A stretch of 64,000 nucleotides of DNA from Mayamaea pseudoterrestris (taxonomy: Eukaryota), in the NCBI GenBank assembly GCA_027923505.1, contig BROI01000002.1:2232001-2296000 (forward strand). Reading direction: 5' to 3'. Shown in pieces: positions 12,189 to 21,700 of the stretch. The notes under the pieces were generated by a model, which saw only the letters and a list, made by a program, of their open reading frames with translations, did not search any database and was not told the DNA's origin. How positions within the stretch are numbered: the stretch's first letter is position 1; each line of letters opens with the position of its first letter. A program made the position numbers and the translations under genes.

Positions 12189-12944
12189 TTAAACTGCAAA
12201 CGAACTTCCACAGCCACAAGACTCTTCAGCGTTTGGATTGTAAAACTTGAAGCCTCCACCAATGAGCTCGTCGCTGTAATCTAGTTGCAGTCCATACAAG
12301 TAAAGCATGCTCTTGGCGTCCACTACGCACTGAATGCGCTCGCCGGAATACTCATCGACAACGTCGTCCTCCTGAATGGATTCCTGCGACTCAAAATCCA
12401 TGACGTAGCTCATTCCTGATGTAATGAATAAGCGGTGAGTTTTACAAGTATTTAATGCAAGGTCGAACGCGAAGTAGGAATTTATTCTGAACGCAAACTT
12501 ACCAGAACAACCGCCACTTCGGACGCCCTAAAAACCAGGAGAAGAAATAGAGCGTGAGGCACCGTAGAGCACACCATAACTTCCTTTGTTCCTTCAAAAT
12601 CAGTTTTTTCATCTTGCTCTCGCTTTATATAGTAGACATACCATTCGAAGTATCAATGGATTTGCTTCCTGCTTGTCACGCAGTTCGCGGAGCCGCTTCA
12701 TGGCATTCGGCTGGATCACGACAACGGCATCGTCGGGGACTTGGTAGTCGAATGCAGGATCTGCTTGTGTTGATGACATTGTTTCTGTAGTCTCGACATT
12801 GTTTTTTGTGGAAGAATTCAATTTGGAGAATGTTCTACGCGAAAACGAAGCTGACGGCGAGGGAATCCATGCATATGATAAGTTAATTGCGACTGATAGC
12901 AAGACAGCAGTGAGCAGCAGAAGTTGCCTATGAAAGTAACTCAT
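12189..12944 (-). CDS. sufA: A-type Fe-S carrier (SufA/IscA/HesB family), probably plastid-targeted; exons 12944-12642, 12527-12503 and 12415-12189
   Basis: The spliced product reads [15 protein letters not shown]...CGCGSSF, giving the three conserved Cys. Both introns are GT-AG. A signal peptide ends SYA-W, followed by an S/R-rich transit peptide. Confidence 0.92.
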
Positions 12945-13344
12945 GATGAATGTGTGAAAGAACGTGATTAGTAGTAGTAGCAAGGAAAGCGATGAAGTGC
13001 TTGGTGAATCCTCATGGCGGCAGGCGGACGACGCGTGTTTTGCTGACGTGTCAATGTCGTAGTGCTACTTGGCACGCGCGCCAAGCGACACCGCCTTTTC
13101 GGCCAAAGGCTGCGCATCGCTGGACCAGCTATTACACCCAAGCACAGATCCATTACTGCGGCAACTTCATGATTTGGATAGGTAATAGATCGTGTTATAG
13201 GCATATGAATATGAATATGTAAATGATATATTATACTGTAGGTGACTGAGCTGATTGGATGCTCAAAGAGTTACTGCGCAACAATTGTTGTCGCGCCAGG
13301 GTCGAGCCACGCATTTTTTAGTCTGGCCAAACGTTGTTTGAGAG

Positions 13345-14712
13345 CTAGTAGGTTGAGCACTTTTCGTGGCAGCACTCGTTTGTACATGCACGGCTAGGTC
13401 CATCTGCCAAGTACTCGCGTATCTTTCGTCGGCTTGCGTTGGATAGCTGAGGTGGCTGTTGGTGGCTTTCATATAAATTGACTGCATATTCGTACAAGAC
13501 ATCGTCCAGCACAGACATCAATGGGTCCCAAGCAGTATCTTCCATCGCTACATCTTTGGCGTACGCAAAAGTGGAGTCATCATACTTTGGAAATTTTGGC
13601 GGCGGGACGGTCCAACCAATGTGTCGTGCAAACGTTTGGTACGTTTCCTGAAAACGCTCCGTGAACATAATGTTTTCAAACAGCCGTAAACGTTCCAGCG
13701 CATATGTGAAATCCTCCTCCGATAGTTGATACTTTGGTTTGTTCATGCACCTTGTCCCACAAATCTTGCGGACGATCCAATTGTCCGGCTGCCGCGTCCA
13801 CCATGAATGAAAGGTAGTCGTCATATCATTATACGCGCGGCACATGTTCTTCCAGTGTGAGAAATAACGCGCTTGACTGTTGCGAAGAACAATCACGTAT
13901 CGATACATGGACGTATCCATGGCGGTATACATGTCACGTTCATTGGCAACCAAGTCGTAGTGGGTCGTACGAGCGAACGTTTGCTGCGCCTCGAGCGAGT
14001 CGTCTCCACCGCAGCAGCGTTGATTCGTTTGAATGTTGCAGTTGCTCTTTGAAACGTTGAGTTTGTTGGCGCGCGCCGTGGCGCACAGTAGAGTGCCGGC
14101 TGACTTGTGAATGTGCAAAAAGTATATTGTTCTGTTGTCGTTTGGCATTGATTTCCGTTCGATGAGCGGAAGAATCAGATTTGTTTCATTTGCTGCTGCT
14201 GGAGCAGCAATGCCTCTAGCTGCTGGATTTTCATTTGTTTCTGAGTGCGCTAGATGTGAAGGAAAGTGGGCAGACTCATGCTTGCCCGTTCGTGTTGACC
14301 CGTTATTAGCTGGACCCGATGCTAAAGCAAATGGCGCTGATCCACCCGCTCGTTCCCATAGATGTTTTACATCTCCAGTGAAGCTTATTTGTCTCTGAAA
14401 CAGTTTTAGCCGACCAATGATATGGTTTCCCATTCCCGTGCAGGACGAGTCAGGTGTGGTTGCACAATTATATATGGTAGCTCTTGTCCCTCGCAGCTGC
14501 AGCGTCTTGCTGTGTTGTTGAACAGTAATGCCGACTCCAAAGTTACTTGTCATTTCATTGCCACTTGTTCGTGATGCAGTAGTTAGAGGTTTTTCCAGCA
14601 AGGCTCGATGGTGCGAACGTACGGACGCATCGATATCCACTGCGAAGTAAAGGAACACTTGAAACACACCATAGGAGCAGCTCAATGCGACGAGAAACTT
14701 TCGTGTTTGCAT
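13345..14712 (-). CDS. Type II membrane sulfotransferase-like protein (Sulfotransfer_2-like)
   Basis: N-terminal TM anchor and stem, a 5'-PSB-like motif IYFLHIHKSAGT and a 3'-PB-like motif VLRNSQARYFS. Confidence 0.7.
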   Translation of the reverse strand: MQTRKFLVALSCSYGVFQVFLYFAVDIDASVRSHHRALLEKPLTTASRTSGNEMTSNFGVGITVQQHSKTLQLRGTRATIYNCATTPDSSCTGMGNHIIGRLKLFQRQISFTGDVKHLWERAGGSAPFALASGPANNGSTRTGKHESAHFPSHLAHSETNENPAARGIAAPAAANETNLILPLIERKSMPNDNRTIYFLHIHKSAGTLLCATARANKLNVSKSNCNIQTNQRCCGGDDSLEAQQTFARTTHYDLVANERDMYTAMDTSMYRYVIVLRNSQARYFSHWKNMCRAYNDMTTTFHSWWTRQPDNWIVRKICGTRCMNKPKYQLSEEDFTYALERLRLFENIMFTERFQETYQTFARHIGWTVPPPKFPKYDDSTFAYAKDVAMEDTAWDPLMSVLDDVLYEYAVNLYESHQQPPQLSNASRRKIREYLADGPSRACTNECCHEKCSTY

Positions 14713-14981
14713 CTTGCTGTTTTTTGCAGCTACACACTTGGTGCATTTGTTTGATCATGTAAATAGCGGCAAGGGTGAAAGGACGGATGATTCTTGTCGG
14801 CGTCGACGAAAACAATAATGTGAGGACAAGGTGGATCGGCTCGCTCGATCGACCGCGCGACAACGCGCCTTTGATACCGGTACGATATTTGTGACAAAGG
14901 GTTCGACGACGCACAAGTTGAACCAAACCTTGCGCCGTTTCTTCTCCCTTCCTTCATCCTATTATACATACACTGGCAAAC

Positions 14982-16211
14982 ATGAGGACAAGACTGTCAC
15001 TCGCCGTCGTCTTTTCATACCTCGCTGCTGCATTCACATTTTCGCCGCGGAGGATACAGCGAAAAGCAACAATTATCTCATCGAATCTGCACCAAGAACA
15101 GTCGTCCTTTTGTTGTTCCGTCGCGCAACACTGCCATTTTCAACTCTACAACAGCAAGAGCAACAACAATAATAACATTGCAGCTATTACAGACAGCGAC
15201 AATATTAAATGTTGGAATCCTACCGTGCGCATCGTCATGGGAACTCTTGGCGCTGCAGGTCTCGTGGAAACGGCCTTTTTGTCGTACGTCAAGCTCTTTG
15301 GCGAAGCAAGCACTCTGGCGGAAATGTGCGGACTTTCCGGAGACTGTGGCAGCGTACTGAATGGACCATACGCAATCATTCCCGGCACCACAAACCTTCC
15401 GTTGGCGCTGCTGGGCATGGTGGCGTATGCAATTGTCACCTTGTTGGCAGTGCAGCCATTGCTCGCGTCGCCAGCGCTTTCGGAAGAGGATGAAGACGTT
15501 AATCGCGTCTTGCTGGCAGCAGTGAGCACTGGCATGGGAGTCTTTTCCGCTTGCCTAATGGTGCTGCTGTATGGAGTCTTGCATGAAAGTTGCAAGTTTT
15601 GTGTCGCGTCCGCAGTCTTGTCTGTTTTGCTGACAAAACTGGCGTGGGCAACCTCGCTCGTTCCCAAGCAGCACACCAAGAGTGCCATACAAACCAGTAT
15701 TGGAACGTCACTGACGGCTCTGGTGGCGGCAGCAACCATAGTCTTGGCAAATACGAGTCCGTCGGACGCGTCGGCTGTCAACTTTGCCGGAACATTGGTT
15801 GGAAATGGATCATCATCATCCAGCAGTCTTGCAGTTGCTGCATATGACAAGAGTATTGTTCAAGTTGATAAAGGACTATCACCTCCACTAATCACCACGA
15901 CTTCATCTCCGCAGGCGCTCCAACTAGCATCCAAGCTGCAGTCGCTCGATACTCGACTATTTGGCGCCTACTGGTGCAGTCACTGCTACGATCAAAAGCA
16001 AACACTTGGCGAGCAAGCCATGCGCAAGATTCCCTACGTTGAATGCAGCAAGGAAGGTTTTCGGGAGCAAAGCAAACTATGCAAGGAAGCCAACGTTCCG
16101 GGATATCCAACGTGGGAGATTGCCGGCAAGCTATATCCGGGCGAGCAGTCGCTGGAGGAGTTGGAGGAAATTGTAGCAAAAGCTGTGCAGCAGCAACAAA
16201 ATAATAGCTAA
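14982..16211 (+). CDS. LTO1: Thylakoid VKOR-thioredoxin fusion (lumen thiol oxidoreductase LTO1)
   Basis: Signal peptide ending AAA-F; VKOR loop cysteines (C..SGDCGSVLNGPYA) and CKFC; Trx-like domain GAYWCSHC..YVEC..GYPTW..YPGEQSL. Confidence 0.93.
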   Translation: MRTRLSLAVVFSYLAAAFTFSPRRIQRKATIISSNLHQEQSSFCCSVAQHCHFQLYNSKSNNNNNIAAITDSDNIKCWNPTVRIVMGTLGAAGLVETAFLSYVKLFGEASTLAEMCGLSGDCGSVLNGPYAIIPGTTNLPLALLGMVAYAIVTLLAVQPLLASPALSEEDEDVNRVLLAAVSTGMGVFSACLMVLLYGVLHESCKFCVASAVLSVLLTKLAWATSLVPKQHTKSAIQTSIGTSLTALVAAATIVLANTSPSDASAVNFAGTLVGNGSSSSSSLAVAAYDKSIVQVDKGLSPPLITTTSSPQALQLASKLQSLDTRLFGAYWCSHCYDQKQTLGEQAMRKIPYVECSKEGFREQSKLCKEANVPGYPTWEIAGKLYPGEQSLEELEEIVAKAVQQQQNNS

Positions 16212-16262
16212 AGTTATCAATATTATCATAAATCATTCTCAATCCAAAAATTTTCCGGCTAT

Positions 16263-18149
16263 TTAATACTGCTGTTCAGGTGCAGTGTCGTCGTCAGGGC
16301 TTCCTGACGGAAATTCCTCGCTTGGCATATCTTCCTCCATGGCACCACCATCTGACGATGACACCGCTGCAGCAATCGCAATATTAGCTGGTACACCTTG
16401 CTCATTTGCGTTACTCGACTCAATCTCGTCCAGATAAGCAGCTGCCTCTCGTCCCTGCAAGACAATTTGCTCCACAGTGGTATTGAATGACATGCAGTTC
16501 ATGCATCGGACTCCCAGAAAATGCCATCGTCGATTGGAATCATTCTGCTCGCAGTCATTACAAAAAATATTGACAACGCGGGCCATTTCGCTCGGAACAG
16601 GCTGCAACGCAATCCCCATGGCAATGGCCGACCACGTGGACGCCATGTGCTCGGGCGTTTCCGCCGTCTTTTTGCACACCGGACATCGCGTATCATACGA
16701 CGTCAGCTCCTTGAAGCAGTGCCAATGAATCGCATGCCCACATGGCATTTCATGACTCGCGTATCTAGAACTAAACAAGTCTTCCTGACAGACGGGACAG
16801 TTGCTCATGTACTTGCCAGCCTTGCAGTTGTGATCGTCAAACAGTAGCGCGTCAATGCACATGCCGCACGAGTCGCAGTGACGAAAGTTTTCGCGGCCAC
16901 CCACCCGACAAAAGCCGCAGTTGGCGCAGTGGTAGGGAGACTCGCGGGAAGACATCCACAGGTTGCAAACGTTGCAGTGGTACTCGCCGAACTGAACATT
17001 GCAGTTGACGCAATTGTTGCTGTAATCCACCGTAACAAGATGAGTGTGAGAAACAGAAACGAAAACAAAATACTCAAAGTAAATGCCCAAATACCGTTGC
17101 ATCATCATTTATACTCACGCTTTACTCGACTGCCGCACATGGCAGGACCGGCAAATGACTTCTCGAATCATGAATCGATCAATCGCATGATGATTCTCTT
17201 CCTCCTCCTCCAAATCGAGCGGCATGGACCGCCGTCGATCCATTTTGGACTTGTGCTTTAGCTCACTCAATTGATCAACCATCATGTTGGTTGGTGACTG
17301 CTGCTGCTGCTCTATATTATTGTCGCGCTTGCTTGTTCTCCAATGCAGCGGCTTTGGTAGAACGGGACACTCGTCGTGACAAATGCGACAACCAAACGCT
17401 AAACCGCAGCATGGACTCACAATGGTGCAGTGGCGTTCGTAGTGACTGCAAACGGGTCGCGACAGCTCCATCATGCGCGAAATTTGCGCCGGGTGCGAAT
17501 CGAAAATGGTGGTGCTGGCCGCCGCCGCGACGCGATCCACGTCGCTCCAGTCTTGGAGCGAGTAGGAGCGGCCGTGAATCTGGCGATAGGAGAAACCGCG
17601 GGGAAAGTCTGTCATGTTATTGTTGTTGGTGTTGGCAGCAGCACTCGTGGAGTGCGTCGACTGCAAGCTAGTGTGCGTGACGGAACTGGCGACGGATCGG
17701 TCATCCGACGTTGCATAGTAGCGATCACTGTTATTGTAGCCGTAGACAATGTCATCCGGGGACATGGCAGCATCCCCCATAATGGCGTCACCTTCCTCAT
17801 CGGAGGAAAAGTAGTCGTGGGCTTGGGCGGCGGCGCGAGCCATTAGACTGGCGTAATGCTGACCTCCACCCGTATTGGCCGACTCGTCGGAGGATTGGTA
17901 GGAATGAAAGGAGGAGTTTTGGGAGGAAACTTGCGATGACATGCTTCGGCGACGGCCATCCATAAGTGCTTGAATTGCCTTGTTCTTTTCGTGCTGCGAA
18001 AGAGTCGAGTCTCCCATGATTTCCTGGATCTTTTTTCGGCGACTCGTTTGTTCGTCTTCGGATGTATGGTCGGCTGCAGCTGCTATCGGTACTTGCTGCT
18101 GCTGTTGGTCAAGGGGAGGAGAAGAAGCATCATCATTTTCATCGTCCAT
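16263..18149 (-). CDS. RCHY1: CHY/CTCHY zinc finger-RING E3 ubiquitin ligase (Pirh2-like); exons 18149-17119 and 17019-16263
   Basis: CHY motif CSHYERHC..PCC..CRICHDE, then CGFCRVGG, the RING-H2 CPVCQEDLF..PCGHAIH..CPVC and the zinc ribbon CNDC..CMNC. The GT-AG intron 17118-17020 keeps frame. Confidence 0.93.
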
Positions 18150-18786
18150 TATTTTGTTATCTTCAGGCAGAGAATAATTTTAGCCAGCTTTATAGTAAAT
18201 GAGGCAAACTTCGATTCTGGTTCGTCAGAATCAAAAAGTCTTGCAACTATGAAATTTATTGAATGATGCAAACACCTTGCACCTTATTGCAGGGTTGACT
18301 CGGGCCTTGTGACGATTGGCGTGAACTAGGAACAAGAAGTATGGAGTACGGTATGATTTCAGCCGTCGTCACAACCTGTCACATCCTCATGGTGGCGGAG
18401 GAAATTTCGCGTGACTGCCGCCCGAACCTTTATAGGTCGGAACCCGGAGAGAGTCATTTTAGTTTCGCTGAGACAGTTACTCTTTCTACTACGGTAGCTT
18501 AGCTATGTACAGGTTCACTCCGTCAAGCCTGCGCAATCGCTCGCCGACAGTATATTTCATTACAAACCCAACTATAAGCTGGAGCAAACATCGAGCCGAA
18601 CTTGTGAAAGAAGACAGTGTTTTCCGCTACCTAGCTGATATAGTACGGCATTGCTGACAATAATGTTTGCTTGACCCAAACAGTCATTGTTAATTGCTAT
18701 CACTACCTTTCAAAATATATATAAATCATCATCTACTACAAACCGCAAACCCAAACACCACAACCCAAAACATGTATTCTCGTCGC

Positions 18787-21700
18787 TCATTTCGCTCCAG
18801 CCGCCAAGCATGGACTAACGTAATCCTTGTCAACATTGCTCGTCACAAAGACCAGCTCCATGTTATTTTCCTTCAATCGCTCCTGGAAAAGCACCAAGGC
18901 AATGGACACGGAACTTCGGCTCATGCTGGTACTATTGTCCACGTATAAGGCCACCTTTTGAATGTTCTTGCGCTTGCTCAAGCCAATGTTGCATTCGGAG
19001 TACCAGTCGGCCGGGTTTTCGCGGTCTTGGTCGTCCCGATTCACCTCGGCGAAGATATTCTTGCTGTTGTCATCAAAGGCATCTGGAACAGCGAGTCCAC
19101 CTGAAGTGCCGGGAGGAACGGGACGCAGGAGGCAAAAGGGTCGCTTGGGAAAGGTTTCATCCAAGGTTTTCCATTTGGAATCCATGTTGCGACCCTTGTT
19201 TTCGTCAATGACAGCAACGCAGGTGAACTCGTCAACTCCAGAAGGGGTAGCTTCCTGCTCGACTGATTGGAGACTGATGATGCCAGGATTGTAGTCGGCG
19301 ATGGTTGGTGTGTACGACTCAACGACTCCGGAGCGGCTGCTATCGTCAAAGCCAACAATCACGGAAGATCCATCACCGCTAATGTCGACATTATACCACT
19401 TGGAAACGGTGTGAAGAATAATTGGCGATCGCACCAAAGTCCACTTCTCCAGATCATTCAAAGCTCGAACACTCACAAGGCCACCCGACAGATATCCTTC
19501 CTCCAGATATGGCCCATCGTAGTAGGCAATCATAGCACCGTTTGCCGTCAAATCGACAGTCTTTCCGATGCGAGCGCTCGCAAACTCCCCGGAAATTACG
19601 TTGCCCATCGGAAGCCATGTCTTGGATGCATCGTAGTATTTGTAAACTTTGACTTGGCCAGCCATTTCGATACCAGCCGTCGGAGAGGCATTTGGAATGC
19701 CAACGGCTAGAATTCGAGCTTCACTTGCAAGAGAAATATCGGTACCAGCCTCATCGCCAGAATCCACTCCAAAAATGTCTTGCCCAAGCTGCTTCCAATT
19801 GTTGATGTCGTACACGGTGACGAGTCCAGCCTTCATGCGACGGCCTGGGCAACCGACTGCTAGCAAGGATCCAGCAGCGTTCATTGAGAGTGAAGCTCCA
19901 CACATGTCACCATTCTCGACGCCTTCCAAAGTGACACCGAGTCTCTGCCAGCCATGATCATTTTCACTGTATCCGAAAACTTCGATTGTCCCCGTTCCTG
20001 GTTCATCCAATGTTGTGTCTGGAGACCCAATCGCAATCTTTGTTCCAAAGGCGTTTGTGGCAACAGCATAGCCAAAGTCGGAGTTTGAGTCAGAAGCTGT
20101 GAGGTACGACCCAAGTGGTCGCCAGTTGCCATCCTTCCATCGATACACGCGTACTTGGTTGGCGAATGGAGCTCCGGCGACGACAGTTGTCCCGTCGGCG
20201 GAGAGCGCCACTGAAGCCCCGAACTGGCCTGCTGTTACCTCTCCTCGCAAGTCATCGCCCACTTGTTGCCATCGATCGTCGATCCGACTAAAGATTTGGA
20301 CTTTTCCGGTGTCATCGTTCGCTCCTGGTGATCCCACAGCCATGACACTGCCATCGCTGTTGTACGAGATAACACCAAAATGCTCGCCATTGCGATCGCC
20401 CGTGAGGCGTGAAGTTTTATCCCAACCCGAAAACTCTGTAGGGGCACTTGTAGGCGGAGGGCTTTGTGCAGGAGCTTCAAGACAAGGCGAAACATAATCC
20501 TGCTGGTCTGCAATGTTGCCATATACGACATCAAAGCCCATCAATGACGACTTTTCGAGGAAGAGTTCATAGGAGGCTTGGACAGAGTCGCTGCTCATTG
20601 TAGGGGTTTCATGGATGTAGAGAATGACACGATCGAGTCCCATCTCAAAGTCAGCTTGTAAACTGCAGAGATCATACCAGTCGGACGCCTCGCTATCCGC
20701 GTCATCGTCTCGTGCCACCGATTTAATAATGGAAGTTGAGTCTGTTCGCAGGCTCGAAGGGATTGACAAGCTGGCCGAGGTCGACTGAGGACGAAGAAGG
20801 CAAAATCCTCGTTGCGGAAACGTTGTGCGAAGGTTTGTCCATTGGGAGGCAAGATTCGTGTCGCTGTTACCGTCAATCACTGCAATGCATTTGACACGAT
20901 CGTTCTGTTCCTCAAAAGACATTTCCGGTTTTGGTTCAGCCAGCACTGCCGCATCAAGCTCGTAAACGGCAGCGTACCCGAGGCTATTGTCTTTTTCAAA
21001 TCCAACTAGGACTGACGATCCATTCTTGCCCATACTAATCGTATAGTACCGACTTACAGACGCAGCAATGATTGATGGACCAATCGGTACCCAGTTTGTT
21101 CCCGACCAAGAGTAAACTGAATATAGACCACCGACTTGGCCCGCTCCTTCCTCCAATCTTCGGCCGCTTGAGTCGTCTCCAAAGTAAGACCCAGCATACA
21201 TGCCCATAGTGGATCCGTCGCCCGATAGACTGAGCGATTGGCCGAGCTTATCACCATTGGCTTGACCGGTAATGGCATCGCCAAACTGCATCCACGTTTC
21301 CGTCGATGTCATGTACTTGTATACGACAACGGCTCCAGCGTCACCATTTCCGGATGCTCCAAGACCAGGCTGGCCCAATGAAAGCGTCTGTCCATCATTG
21401 GAAAGTGAGACCGACGTGCCCATCTTGGCAAAGCTCATTTCACCATCCAAGCTCTGTCCCAGTTGAATCCAGTTTCCGTTCATGTATTCGTACACGACGA
21501 CGCTTCCAGCATCCGTCTGCGACGATCCAACGCCATCCTTGCCTGGAAGGCCAACGGCAAGAATGTAGCCATTGCTTGACAAGTCTAAAGAGAATCCGGC
21601 CATGTCTCCATTCTCGCTACCCACTAAAGAAAGTCCAAGGTTGATCCACTTCATGCTGCTCTCACTGTAACCGTACACGGATACTGATCCAGGACGATCA

